From contig CABPZP010000001.1 in NCBI GenBank assembly GCA_902461935.1, forward strand, positions 1,020 through 65,019: 64,000 bases of DNA. The letters run 5' to 3'. The stretch's first letter is position 1. Every line of letters starts with the position of its first letter. Positions 22,383-32,945 of the stretch are shown piece by piece. Under the pieces are notes generated by a model. That model was not told where the DNA came from. It did not search any database and worked only from the letters and a program-made list of their open reading frames with translations. The position numbers and the translations under genes are program-made. This stretch comes from an uncultured Clostridium sp. (GTDB lineage: Bacteria; Bacillota; Clostridia; TANB77; CAG-508).

Positions 22383-23858
22383 CTACATTTTTTTCTCTAC
22401 TAGCATTATAACATAGTAATTTCCTTGATATTTTGTATCAAAAGTTTCTGTACTTATTTTACTATATTTTTCATTATTGAACAAGTAGTTATAAATATTT
22501 TCGTTATATCCTACAAGCCAAAATCTATTTGCATCATTTGTAAATTCGTCATTTTCTGTAATTTTCATTGTTGGTTCATAGGCTTTATATGCTTCATATA
22601 TATTCCAGTGATCTGCATTATAAAAATATTGATTATTTTGAGTTAAAAATTCATTTACAACTGCTCCTACACCAACATCTGAATATACTATTAAATCTCC
22701 TTCTTGAATATTTTGTTTTAAATATTCAATTGGTTGTTTATTGCTTTTATCATAATTTTCATTTATCAATTTTATATTATTTATCATTCCTAATAAAACT
22801 ATTACTATACAAATAGTAATAGAAACTATTTTGTTTTTTTCTTTTGCTAAAACAAAGCTTAAAACAAATATAAAAAAACCTGTTATTACAAATAAATATC
22901 TATAATATAAAATTGATGTATTCATAACTAATGTTATTAATAATGCTGCAATTATTACTGCTGCATAAATTATAACAGATAATATTGCTGGTTTTATATC
23001 TTGTTTTTCTTTTTTGTATTTATAAATTTTCACACCTAAATATATGTATAATTCTATAGCTAATACAAAAATTACATGTTGATATAAAACAAAATCGTCA
23101 TTTATATAATCTCCTAAGAATCCAAAGCTTGTTAATTCTATTAGTGTTTTAGGAAATTCAAAGCCTATCCAAAATCCTCCAGATACGTTCTTTAATTGTG
23201 TTGCAAAATTAATAAGCCATGGTACATATGCTATTAGCTGAATTATTCCAAGTAATGTTATTTTTATTGCTGTAGATTTTCTTTTCTTTATAACTAAGTA
23301 TATTAATAAAATTGCATTTATTATTCCTGCTGCCATTAATCCATAATAATGTAGGTATATGCTAACTAAACTTGATATTCCAAATATTATTAAGTTTTTA
23401 TTTGAATCTTTTCCTTTAAAAATTCTATATGCATATATTGCAAGAATTGTAACCGTAAGTATAGACCATGAATACATTCTTACTTGGTTTGTATATACAC
23501 TCATTGCTGGCATAAAGTAAGTTAATAGCGAAAATATATAACCTTCTTTTTCTCCAAAATCTTTTCTTATATGGGTAAAGCCTAAAACTCCAAGAATTAT
23601 AATTGGAATAGCAGAAAATATTCTGTATGCTAAAACTGAACCTCCTGTTATTATTTGAATTATATGTAACATCCAATAATATAAAATAGGGTGCACATCG
23701 TTTCCACCTATGTTCCATATTTCTGAAAAAGAATGTCTTGCAATAGCTACAGAGTAACTTTCATCAAACCATAAATTTGTATGAAATATACTTAAGCTTA
23801 CAAAAATTGCACCTAATATAATTGTAAAAATATGTGCTTTTTTTATTGTTAATTTCAT
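22383..23858 (-). CDS. GT-C-fold glycosyltransferase (ArnT/PMT-like, GT39/83)
   Basis: Polytopic membrane protein; first extracytoplasmic loop has the DE-type motif (LWFDESYSVAIARH). Confidence 0.55.
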   Translation of the reverse strand: MKLTIKKAHIFTIILGAIFVSLSIFHTNLWFDESYSVAIARHSFSEIWNIGGNDVHPILYYWMLHIIQIITGGSVLAYRIFSAIPIIILGVLGFTHIRKDFGEKEGYIFSLLTYFMPAMSVYTNQVRMYSWSILTVTILAIYAYRIFKGKDSNKNLIIFGISSLVSIYLHYYGLMAAGIINAILLIYLVIKKRKSTAIKITLLGIIQLIAYVPWLINFATQLKNVSGGFWIGFEFPKTLIELTSFGFLGDYINDDFVLYQHVIFVLAIELYIYLGVKIYKYKKEKQDIKPAILSVIIYAAVIIAALLITLVMNTSILYYRYLFVITGFFIFVLSFVLAKEKNKIVSITICIVIVLLGMINNIKLINENYDKSNKQPIEYLKQNIQEGDLIVYSDVGVGAVVNEFLTQNNQYFYNADHWNIYEAYKAYEPTMKITENDEFTNDANRFWLVGYNENIYNYLFNNEKYSKISTETFDTKYQGNYYVIMLVEKKM

Positions 23859-23871
23859 AGTTTTTCTCCTT

Positions 23872-26244
23872 TTATCCTCTTAATTCTGCATTTAATTTTG
23901 TTTTTGCTGCTTCTATTATTTTTTCTAATACTGCATTTATTTCTTCATCTGTTAGTGTTCTATCTTTTGCTCCAAATGATAGTGAATATGCTATACTTTT
24001 TTTGTTTTCTTCTATTCCTTTTCCTGTGTATACATCAAATACTTCTATTTCTGTTAATAGTTTTCCTGCAGCTCTTTTTAATACATCTGCCGCTTCTTTT
24101 GAAGTTATATCTTTATCTATAATTATTGCTAAGTCTTTTTTTATTGTTGGATATTTAGATATTTCTTTATATTTCATATTTCCAACTTTTTTTGCTAGTA
24201 ATTTATCTAAGTTTATTTCAAATGTAAATACATCTTCTTTTGTTACTTCTGGATGAAGTTTTCCCATAATTCCAACACTTTGACCATTTACATTTATTTC
24301 TGCTGTTTGACCTGGATGAAATTCTTTTGGCATATTTTTAGGCATTACAAAACTATATCTATTTTCATATCCTAAATAATCTAGCATTTCTTCAATTATT
24401 CCTTTTACAATATAAAAGTCTACGTTTTTCTTGTTATCTACTCCATAATAGAATTCTCCTGAAAGTATTGCACATAACTTATTTTCTTCTCCATATATAT
24501 CGCCTTTTTTGAAAAATCCTTTTCCTATTTCAAATATTGCAACATCTTTTTGATTTCTTGCATAATTGTATTCATATATTTTATATAAAGATGGAATCAT
24601 ACTATATCTTAAAGTATTTCTTTCTATTGTAATTGGATCTAGTAGTTTTAATTCTTCAAATTCATCTGTTGTAAATTTATGAACATCTGCATCATTTATT
24701 AATATATATGATAATGTTTCGTTTAATCCTAAATCTACCATTTTATTTCTTATGCTTCTTGTTGTTTTGTCGTAGCTTCCTGTCTTTATAGGTAATGTTG
24801 GTAATTTTCCTACTATATTGTCTACTCCATAAATTCTTCCAACTTCTTCTATTAAATCTTCTTTTATAGATATATCTATTCTTCTACTTGGTACATTTAC
24901 CATTGCTTTTTCATCATCTGCTTTATATTCAAATCCAAGTTTTCTAAATACGTCTAATATATCTTCTTTGGATATATTTGTTCCTAAAACTCTATTTATA
25001 TCTTCGTATTTTATTTCTACGTTTTTTTCTTGTTTCTCGATTTTATCGTATACAACTGTTCCTGTTATAATTGTTGCATCTGCATATTTTTCTAGTAATG
25101 CACATGCTCTTTCTGCTGCCATGTATGTTCTTTTATAATCCAATCCTTTTTCAAATCTGTTGCTTGCTTCACTTCTAACTATTTTATTTGATGTTTTTCT
25201 TACTAAAACAGAATCGAAAATTGCAGATTCTATTATTATGTTTTTAGTATCGTTTTCTACTTCTGTTGTAAGTCCACCCATTACTCCTGCTAAACCTATT
25301 GCTTCGTTTTCTTTTGAAATTACAATATCGTTTTTAGTAAGTATTCTTTCTATGTTGTCTAGAGTTGTTAATTTTTCTCCTTCTTCTGCCATTCTAACAA
25401 TTAGTTTTCCTTCTAAATTATCTGCATTATAGAAATGTAATGGTTGACCTAACTCTAACATAACATAGTTACTTATATCTACAACATTATTGATTGGTCT
25501 TATTCCACTTGCAATAAGTCTATTTTTTATAAATTCTGGACTTTCTTTTATGGTCACATTTTCTGCTCTTTTTGCTAAAAATAATTTACAATTATCTGTT
25601 TTTACTTCTACCTTAAAGCTATTGTTTATATCTTCTCCATTTTCTTTATGAGATAAGTCTACTTCTTTTTTTAGTGGTTTATCATAAATTGCTCCTACTT
25701 CATATGCCATTCCTAAAACACTTAGTAAATCTCCTCTATTAGCTGTTAAGTCAAAATCTATTACACTATCATCTAATCCTAAAAATTTAATTGGATCTTC
25801 TCCTGGCAGAGCATTTTCTGGTAATTCGCATATACCGTTTTTATCTGCTTCTGATAAAAATTTTTTATCTATTCCTATTTCATATAAAGCACACATCATT
25901 CCGTTTGATTTTTCACCACGAATAACTCCAGCTTTTATTTTTACTCCACCTGGTAATTCTGCTCCTGGTAAAGCAACTATTACTTTTATTCCTGCTCTTG
26001 CATTTGGAGCTCCACATACTATATCTAAAATTTCGTTTCCTACATCAACTTTACATAGGTGTAAATGGTCTGAATCTGGATGTTCTTTACATTCTTTTAT
26101 TTCTCCTATAACTAAGTTTGTTGCTTCTACTAAATTTTCTGCTGAATCATATTCACTTCCTGCTTTTGTCATTGCTTCGGCTAGTGTTTTTGTGTCTACA
26201 TCAACATCTACATATTCTTTTAAAAAGTTTGTACTTAATTTCAA
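23872..26244 (-). CDS. pheT: Phenylalanine--tRNA ligase beta subunit
   Basis: 790 aa with B3/4, tRNA-binding and FDX-ACB domains. Confidence 0.9.
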   Translation of the reverse strand: MKLSTNFLKEYVDVDVDTKTLAEAMTKAGSEYDSAENLVEATNLVIGEIKECKEHPDSDHLHLCKVDVGNEILDIVCGAPNARAGIKVIVALPGAELPGGVKIKAGVIRGEKSNGMMCALYEIGIDKKFLSEADKNGICELPENALPGEDPIKFLGLDDSVIDFDLTANRGDLLSVLGMAYEVGAIYDKPLKKEVDLSHKENGEDINNSFKVEVKTDNCKLFLAKRAENVTIKESPEFIKNRLIASGIRPINNVVDISNYVMLELGQPLHFYNADNLEGKLIVRMAEEGEKLTTLDNIERILTKNDIVISKENEAIGLAGVMGGLTTEVENDTKNIIIESAIFDSVLVRKTSNKIVRSEASNRFEKGLDYKRTYMAAERACALLEKYADATIITGTVVYDKIEKQEKNVEIKYEDINRVLGTNISKEDILDVFRKLGFEYKADDEKAMVNVPSRRIDISIKEDLIEEVGRIYGVDNIVGKLPTLPIKTGSYDKTTRSIRNKMVDLGLNETLSYILINDADVHKFTTDEFEELKLLDPITIERNTLRYSMIPSLYKIYEYNYARNQKDVAIFEIGKGFFKKGDIYGEENKLCAILSGEFYYGVDNKKNVDFYIVKGIIEEMLDYLGYENRYSFVMPKNMPKEFHPGQTAEINVNGQSVGIMGKLHPEVTKEDVFTFEINLDKLLAKKVGNMKYKEISKYPTIKKDLAIIIDKDITSKEAADVLKRAAGKLLTEIEVFDVYTGKGIEENKKSIAYSLSFGAKDRTLTDEEINAVLEKIIEAAKTKLNAELRG

Positions 26245-27294
26245 TTAGTCCACATCCTTTCTATCAAATTGACTTAAAAATCTTACATCGTTTGCATATA
26301 AATATCTCATATCTGGTATTCCATATTTAAACATTGCTAGTCTATCTATTCCTGTTCCAAATGCAAATCCTCCAAATTTTTCTGGGTCATAGCCATTTAT
26401 TTTTAATACATTTGGATGAACCATTCCACATCCTAATACTTCAATCCAACCTGTTTGTTTACATAGGTTACATCCTTTTCCTCCACATTTAAAGCAAGAT
26501 ACATCTACTTCATAAGATGGTTCTGTAAATGGGAAATAACTTGGTCTAAAACGTAATTCACTATTCTTTCCTATTACTTTTCTAACAAATACTTCTAGTG
26601 TTCCTTTTAAGTCTGCTAAAGAAACATTATTTTCTTTGTAATCTATTACTAATCCTTCTACTTGCCCAAATTGATGTGAATGTGTTGCATCGTCTTCTCT
26701 TCTATATGTTTTTCCAGCTGTTAGTTCTCTTATTGGTGTTTTTTCCGTATTTGCCATCATTGTTCTTGCTTGCACTGCAGAGGTTTGTGTTCTTAATAAA
26801 TATTCATCTGTAATGTAAAAACTATCTTGCATATCTCTTGCTGGATGTCCTTTTGGTAAGTTTAATCTTTCAAAGCAATATTCATCTGTTTCCAATTCTG
26901 GTCCACTGCATACATCATATCCCATTGATACAAATAAGTCCTCTATTTCTTCTATTATTCTGTTTACAGGATGTTTACTTCCTCTTTTTACTTTTGTTGC
27001 TGGTAAAGTTATATCTATTTTTTCTTGTTCTAATTTTTTATTTATTTCTGCTTTTTTAAATTCTTCTTCTCTTACATCTATTAAATTTTCTAATTCAGCT
27101 TTTACAACATTTACTAAGCTTCCTATAACAGGTCTTTCTTCTGCACTTAAATCTTTCATTCCTCTTAAAATGGCTGTTAATTCACCTTTTTTTCCTAAGT
27201 ATTTAACTCTAGCATTATTTAACTCTGTAATATCTTGTGCCTTACTAATTTCTGCTAATGCTGTTTCTTTCATTTTTGCAATTTGCTCTTTCAT
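26245..27294 (-). CDS. pheS: Phenylalanine--tRNA ligase alpha subunit
   Basis: 349 aa class II aaRS core; directly abuts pheT. Confidence 0.9.
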   Translation of the reverse strand: MKEQIAKMKETALAEISKAQDITELNNARVKYLGKKGELTAILRGMKDLSAEERPVIGSLVNVVKAELENLIDVREEEFKKAEINKKLEQEKIDITLPATKVKRGSKHPVNRIIEEIEDLFVSMGYDVCSGPELETDEYCFERLNLPKGHPARDMQDSFYITDEYLLRTQTSAVQARTMMANTEKTPIRELTAGKTYRREDDATHSHQFGQVEGLVIDYKENNVSLADLKGTLEVFVRKVIGKNSELRFRPSYFPFTEPSYEVDVSCFKCGGKGCNLCKQTGWIEVLGCGMVHPNVLKINGYDPEKFGGFAFGTGIDRLAMFKYGIPDMRYLYANDVRFLSQFDRKDVD

Positions 27295-27299
27295 AGTTT

Positions 27300-27600
27300 C
27301 CTCCTTTAAATTTTATTTATATAAATTTATTTTTATATAAAAATAAAAGAATCATCCCTTGCATAGGACGATTCTTTTACCCGTGTTACCACCTAAATTC
27401 ATTGAACTATTTTTAATTCAACCTCATTTGCTATATCGTTGCAACCGTTTTTCCCTACTATTATTTCAAGAAAAAACCTCAAAAGTGAAATTTCTATAAA
27501 CCTTATTTTAGTAAACTTTCAGCCACGATTTACTTTCTCTTTAAAAATAATTATTGTTTATATACTTTGCTTTTTCATCGGCTTTATTCAATTTTATTTT
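27300..27600 (-). promoter_or_regulatory. T-box riboswitch leader of pheST
   Basis: On the minus strand: AGAGA-type stem I, T-box sequence AATTTAGGTGGTAACACGGG (plus strand 27381-27400), then a terminator hairpin with U-run (27340-27380) just upstream of the pheS RBS. Confidence 0.6.
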
Positions 27601-27606
27601 TTATAT

Positions 27607-27807
27607 TTATATTGTATCTCTTTTTATTTCTGTATTTTGTGTTACTTTGTTATTTACTGTATTATTATGATGAACTGTATTTGTGTTTTTTACAGCTGCA
27701 TTTCCAAAATACCCAACAACAAATCCAATTATAAAGGCGACCACAATTATAACTACTGTATTCAAACTTTTTTGTTTATTATAAATTTCTTTATCATAAA
27801 TTTTCAT
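27607..27807 (-). CDS. Small single-pass membrane protein
   Basis: 66 aa with one TM helix. Confidence 0.35.
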   Translation of the reverse strand: MKIYDKEIYNKQKSLNTVVIIVVAFIIGFVVGYFGNAAVKNTNTVHHNNTVNNKVTQNTEIKRDTI

Positions 27808-27920
27808 ATTTTATTGCCACCCTTCTTTATACAAAAATCTTGTTTAATTATATACCTTTACTTCAGGTTTTGTAAATAGTTTTTTAAAAAAGAATTGCAA
27901 TATTTGCAATTCTCTTTAAT

Positions 27921-28184
27921 TTATTTTTTAAATTTTACTTCTTGAAATAAAAAGTTTTTTACTTTCTTCCAAGTTACTTCTTGATGTAAAAATTCATTTA
28001 TTTCATCTTCAACCTTTTGTTGTTTTGGTGTTAATTCTACTTTAATATCTTGTAGGAAAAAATTTTTTATTTTAGTCCACATACTTACTTTTGTTGGTAA
28101 ATTGAATTCTGTATTAACTTTAATTTCCTCTTGTGGTTTTACTTCTACTCCACCAAATACACTATTCTCAAATTGTTCTTCCAT
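27921..28184 (-). CDS. Small protein with two internal W(T/K)KxKNF(F/L)xQ(D/E)(I/V)K repeats
   Basis: 87 aa ORF; no family recognised. Confidence 0.35.
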   Translation of the reverse strand: MEEQFENSVFGGVEVKPQEEIKVNTEFNLPTKVSMWTKIKNFFLQDIKVELTPKQQKVEDEINEFLHQEVTWKKVKNFLFQEVKFKK

Positions 28185-28307
28185 TAATGTTTCCTCCTTT
28201 GTATTACATTCCTTTTATACTTATACTATAATATGGCACTTTTTTCAATAGTTTCCTCAAAAATCATATTTTACATTTTTGTATTGTTTTTGTAATATTT
28301 TTGTAAT

Positions 28308-29600
28308 CTATTTTATATTTCCTATTAACATTTCACCATCTTCTTTTTCTATTTCAACATTTACTATATTGTTGCAATTTTCTTCTTTTCCTTTTGCTTC
28401 TACCATTATATAATTGCTAGTATGTCCTTTTACAATTCCGTTCTCACATTCTTCAAATAACACCTTTAGTTCTTTACCTAAGTATTGATTATTTATTTCT
28501 TTTTGATTTTTATTTGATAATTCTATTAATTCTTTACTTCTCTTCGCCTTTATTTCCGGAGAAATTTGATTTTCCATTACTGCCGCTTTTGTTCCTTTTC
28601 TCGGTGAGTATTGAAACACATGCATTTTATAGAATTTTATTTTCTTTAAATAATTATATGTTGTTTTAAATTCTTCCTCTGTTTCACCCGGAAATCCAAC
28701 TATAATATCTGTTGTGAGTTCTACATCTGTATATGTTTTTCTTAATAATTCAACTACTTTTGTAAATTCTTGAATAGTATATTTTCTATTCATTCTTTTT
28801 AGTGTTTCTGTGCATCCACTTTGAAGTGATAAATGAAAATGATGGCATATTTTTTCTAATTTGGAAAGTCTTTTTATAAATTCCTCTGTAATTATCATTG
28901 GCTCTAAGGAACCTAAACGGATTCTTTCTATTCCTTCTACTTCATTTATTTTTTCTAGTAAATCTATTAAGCCTATATCTTCTTTTAAATCTTTTCCATA
29001 TGATGCAACATGAATTCCTGTAATTACAACTTCTTTTATTCCTTTTTTAGCTATATGTTTTACCTCATCTATAACATTTTCTATTTTTCTACTTCTAACT
29101 CTTCCTCTTGCATATGGTATTATGCAATATGAACAAAATCTATCACATCCATCTTGCACTTTTATTACAGCCCTTGTTTTGTCTGTATATGTTACTTCTC
29201 CAAATTCATCAAAATATTTTTGTTTCATTACATCTGAAATAACTTCAATTTTGTTATTTGTTTTTAAAAATTCTTCTATGTATGAAAGCATTTTACTTTT
29301 TTCGTTAGTTCCAAGTATTAAGTCTATTTCTGGAATTTCTTCTAGTTTATCTTTTCCTACTTGTGCATAACAACCAACTGCAACAACTACAGAATTTTTA
29401 TTTAATTGTTTTGTTCTTCTTAAAATTTGCCTTGATTTTCTATCAGACATATTTGTAACTGTGCATGTGTTTATTACATATATATCTGCTTTTTTATGAA
29501 ATTCTACTATTTCATAACCGTGTTTTATAAATTCTTGTATCATTCCATTTGTTTCGTATTGGTTGACCTTGCAACCTAGCGTGTAAAATGCTGCTTTCAT
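28308..29600 (-). CDS. mtaB: Radical-SAM tRNA methylthiotransferase (MtaB/MiaB family)
   Basis: UPF0004 N-terminal domain, CxxxCxxC radical-SAM motif (CDRFCSYC), TRAM C-terminus; 430 aa. Confidence 0.75.
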   Translation of the reverse strand: MKAAFYTLGCKVNQYETNGMIQEFIKHGYEIVEFHKKADIYVINTCTVTNMSDRKSRQILRRTKQLNKNSVVVAVGCYAQVGKDKLEEIPEIDLILGTNEKSKMLSYIEEFLKTNNKIEVISDVMKQKYFDEFGEVTYTDKTRAVIKVQDGCDRFCSYCIIPYARGRVRSRKIENVIDEVKHIAKKGIKEVVITGIHVASYGKDLKEDIGLIDLLEKINEVEGIERIRLGSLEPMIITEEFIKRLSKLEKICHHFHLSLQSGCTETLKRMNRKYTIQEFTKVVELLRKTYTDVELTTDIIVGFPGETEEEFKTTYNYLKKIKFYKMHVFQYSPRKGTKAAVMENQISPEIKAKRSKELIELSNKNQKEINNQYLGKELKVLFEECENGIVKGHTSNYIMVEAKGKEENCNNIVNVEIEKEDGEMLIGNIK

Positions 29601-29666
29601 TCTTTTATTTCCTTTCTGTTTATAAATAATTTTTTATATATAATTATAAAAAATTTAAAAGTAATT

Positions 29667-29809
29667 GCATGCTAAATGGTCTATTGACCATTTTCAATTT
29701 CGAAGATTGCGACACCAAGGTATAAAAAACAATTTATTTCTCATTTGGTAATTTAAAAAAATTTAGCGAGTCGCCCTAAGGACGCCGCCCCCCTACAATG
29801 TCTGACATT
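29667..29809 (+). repeat. Right-half family-B copy (29667-29740) followed by a family-A element (29766-29809)
   Basis: gctaaatggtctattgaccatt..cgaagattgcgacaccaaggtataaaaaacaat then agcgagtcgccctaaggacgccgccCCCCTACAATGTCTGACATT. Confidence 0.75.
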
Positions 29810-29864
29810 AATTATATATTTTATTACAAATAGACAATTTTTCAAAATAGAAGAATTCAAGTGT

Positions 29865-30107
29865 TCACTTGAATCCTTCTAACAAATCTTGTACCTCTAT
29901 TATTCCGAATTTGAGAGAAATTTCAGAATTATTGTTAATTTGAACTAGTTCTTCTAAGAAAATTTTTAACCGTTCAAATTTTTCAGGAGAAATATTTTGT
30001 ATTTCACCCGAATATATGCGTTTGGAGTTTTGATACAAATAAATCTCCGCATATTGCTTATGGTCTTCAATAATTTTAAAAATCCTAAATTCATCAGGGT
30101 AAATCAT
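29865..30107 (-). CDS. Hypothetical 80-aa protein
   Basis: ORF only. Confidence 0.3.
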   Translation of the reverse strand: MIYPDEFRIFKIIEDHKQYAEIYLYQNSKRIYSGEIQNISPEKFERLKIFLEELVQINNNSEISLKFGIIEVQDLLEGFK

Positions 30108-30170
30108 AAAAATCTCTCCTTTCTATTCAATTATGTTCACTATTATATCACTATAATTTACAAAAATCTA

Positions 30171-31556
30171 CTAAAATTCGACTTTTTCTTCAATCCACTT
30201 TTCAAGTTCATCTATTTTTACTCTTACTTGTTCCATTGTATCTCTATCTCTTATTGTAACACTTTCATCTTCAAGTGTATCAAAATCAACTGTTACGCAG
30301 TATGGTGTTCCTATTTCATCTTCTCTTCTATAACGTTTACCTATAGAACCTGCTTCATCATAGTCACACATAAATTTCTTTGCAAGTTTTTCATATACTT
30401 CTGTTGCTTTTTCACTTAATTTTTTAGAAAGTGGTAAAACTGCAACTTTATATGGTGCAAGTGCTGGATGTAAATGTAATACTGTACGAGTATCTCCTTC
30501 AGCAATTTCTTCTTCTTCGTAACTGTTGCATAAAAATGCAAGTGTTACTCTGTCTGCTCCAAGTGATGGTTCTATAACATATGGTACGTATTTTTCGTTA
30601 GTTTCTGGGTCTAAATATGTTAAATCTTGTTTTGAATATTCCATATGTTTACTTAAATCGAAATCTGTTCTTGAAGCTATTCCCCATAGTTCTCCCCATC
30701 CAAATGGGAATGTAAATTCTATATCTGTTGTTGCATTACTATAATGTGATAATTCTTCTTTGCTATGGTCTCTTAAACGTATATTTTCTTCTTTTATTCC
30801 TAAATTTAAAAGCCATTCTTTACAGAATTTTTTCCAGTATTCGTGCCATTCTAGTTCTGTTCCTGGTTTGCAGAAAAATTCTAATTCCATTTGTTCAAAT
30901 TCACGTGTTCTAAATGTAAAGTTACCTGGTGTGATTTCATTTCTGAAAGACTTACCAATTTGTGCAATTCCCATTGGTAATTTTTTTCTTGTTGTTCTTT
31001 GTACATTTTTAAAGTTTACAAATATTCCTTGTGCAGTTTCTGGTCTTAAATATATTTCTGATTTTGCATCTTCTGTAACTCCTTGGAAGGTTTTAAACAT
31101 CAAATTAAATTTACGTATTTCTGTAAAATTATGTTTTCCACAATTAGGACAACAAATATTGTTATCATACATATATTTTATCATTTTTTCATCTGGCCAA
31201 CCATCTACAACTTCTTCACAATTATGTTCATGCATCCATTCTTCTATTAATTTATCTGCTCTATGTCTGGTTTTACATTCTTTACAATCTATTAATGGAT
31301 CTGAGAATCCACCAACATGGCCTGAAGCAACCCATACCATTGGGTTCATTAATATTGCTGAATCTAAACCAACATTATATTTATTTTCTTGAATAAATTT
31401 TCTTCTCCAAGCTTGTTTAATATTATTTTTTAATTCAACACCTAAAGGTCCATAATCCCATGTATTTGCAAGTCCTCCATATATATCTGAACCAGGATAT
31501 ACATATCCTCTATTTTTGCAAAGTGCAACTATTTTATCCATAGTTAATTCTGACAT
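30171..31556 (-). CDS. glyQS: Glycine--tRNA ligase (homodimeric class II type)
   Basis: 461 aa; N-terminal [34 protein letters not shown] is characteristic. Confidence 0.9.
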   Translation of the reverse strand: MSELTMDKIVALCKNRGYVYPGSDIYGGLANTWDYGPLGVELKNNIKQAWRRKFIQENKYNVGLDSAILMNPMVWVASGHVGGFSDPLIDCKECKTRHRADKLIEEWMHEHNCEEVVDGWPDEKMIKYMYDNNICCPNCGKHNFTEIRKFNLMFKTFQGVTEDAKSEIYLRPETAQGIFVNFKNVQRTTRKKLPMGIAQIGKSFRNEITPGNFTFRTREFEQMELEFFCKPGTELEWHEYWKKFCKEWLLNLGIKEENIRLRDHSKEELSHYSNATTDIEFTFPFGWGELWGIASRTDFDLSKHMEYSKQDLTYLDPETNEKYVPYVIEPSLGADRVTLAFLCNSYEEEEIAEGDTRTVLHLHPALAPYKVAVLPLSKKLSEKATEVYEKLAKKFMCDYDEAGSIGKRYRREDEIGTPYCVTVDFDTLEDESVTIRDRDTMEQVRVKIDELEKWIEEKVEF

Positions 31557-31996
31557 TTTTCATTCCCTCTTTCTTACTTTAAAAGCTAATTTCTTAGAGC
31601 ATTTTACCACATATAAAAATTGTAATCAACTATTTTACAATTTTTTATTTCTTATATATTACGATTATTTTACAAAAGTCATATTTTGTATTTTTTTGCT
31701 ATTGTATTGTTTTCAGTATTTTGCATTTTTATTTTTTCCAATTATTACCATTTTATTACAATTATGTTACTTTTTATTTGTATTATGTAACTTTTTATAG
31801 TTTACATTTAGTTATACACATTTTTTGTGGATAATGTGGAAAACTTTGTGAATAACTTTAAATTAGCTATTTTCAGATTTGATTTATTCACTTTTTTTCA
31901 AGGTTTTTATTTTTCAAAAAAGTATTTCCAATTATTTACAGTGTGTTATGTAATTCTTTTATTGTAAATTTAGTTATATCAAATAAAAAAAATTAA

Positions 31997-32015
31997 GGCT
32001 ACTAATAGTCGCCCC
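31997..32015 (+). repeat. Degenerate family-A remnant just downstream of the DUF1294 gene
   Basis: gtcgcCCCCTACATATTT. Confidence 0.4.
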
Positions 32016-32023
32016 CTACATAT

Positions 32024-32311
32024 TTACTTATATTTAACTAAGTAATATATAATTAACACAATTTCTGTAATTAAGATTGTGGGAAATCCTATATAAAATT
32101 TTGGCTTTTGTGTTTTGTGATGAAATGTGTACATTCCAGCTATTCCACCTATTCCACCACCAAGAAGAACTAATGTCATTAATGCATTTTCGCTTATTCT
32201 CCATTCATTTTTTATTGCTCTTCTTTTATCTATAAACATTGCTAAAAAAGCTATAAGATTTATTCCTAAAACATAAATGATTATATTTTTTATTGTTAAA
32301 ATTTCTTCCAT
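32024..32311 (-). CDS. DUF1294 small membrane protein
   Basis: FIDKRRAIKNEWRISENAL...GGGIGG motif. Confidence 0.6.
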   Translation of the reverse strand: MEEILTIKNIIIYVLGINLIAFLAMFIDKRRAIKNEWRISENALMTLVLLGGGIGGIAGMYTFHHKTQKPKFYIGFPTILITEIVLIIYYLVKYK

Positions 32312-32338
32312 TTTATCACCTATTTTATTTTTTATTCA

Positions 32339-32660
32339 GGCGGACAGAGGCGTCCGCCCCTACATTTTATTTTATGAACAATTCAAATTTGTCTAAAGAC
32401 AAAATAATAATTAAGATTAAATTTCGCGAAGCAAGTGGGGACCTTTCCGGCATTCTTCAAAATTCTTTTGAATTTTGTTAGAAGGGCGTGAATGGGGAGC
32501 TTCGATGAAATTTTAGATTAATTCATTATTTTGGCTTATATCACATTTTTCATATTGCGGGTCGTCGGGACGCCGACCCCTACAACGTCTGGCATCATTT
32601 TTAATGTTGTTTTATTATATTCGGGCGGACAGAGGCGTCCGCCCCTACATTGTCTGACAC
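32339..32660 (+). repeat. Three family-A elements (32339-32368, 32568-32600, 32623-32660) downstream of polC
   Basis: ggcggacagaggcgtccgccCCTACATTTT; gcgggtcgtcgggacgccgacccCTACAACGTCTGGCAT; gggcggacagaggcgtccgccCCTACATTGTCTGACAC. Confidence 0.8.
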
Positions 32661-32685
32661 AATTTTCAAATACCATTTTATTAAT

Positions 32686-32911
32686 ATAATAACAAATATA
32701 TTTGTTTTGAAATGCCGCGTAAGCGACCAAACGAGCAGATTTCCTGTGAGTACGATTTGGAGCAATCTTCATTTTATTAATTTATATGTTTATAATGTAA
32801 ATATATAAATTAATTTTACAAAAATGTAATTATGTGCAAATGGTCAATAGGCCATTTTTTAATTCGAAGATTGCGACACCAAGGCATAAAAAACAATATA
32901 TTTGTCATTAT
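32686..32911. mobile_element. Family-B MITE-like element, full copy 3
   Basis: TIR ataataacaaatatatttgttttgaaatgcc / ggcataaaaaacaatatatttgtcattat (the atgcc/ggcat variant is mirrored in both arms). Confidence 0.75.
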
Positions 32912-32945
32912 AATTATTTTAATTACAGATAAATTACAATAACAT

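Noticed and set aside
31557-32023. Expected T-box (Gly) leader upstream of glyQS
   Set aside because: I found no AGGGTGGNACCGCG-like T-box sequence or antiterminator in the 460-bp upstream region on the minus strand.
32536-32772. 78-aa ORF on the minus strand
   Set aside because: It is composed entirely of translated family-A and family-B repeat sequence in an intergenic array. It is spurious.
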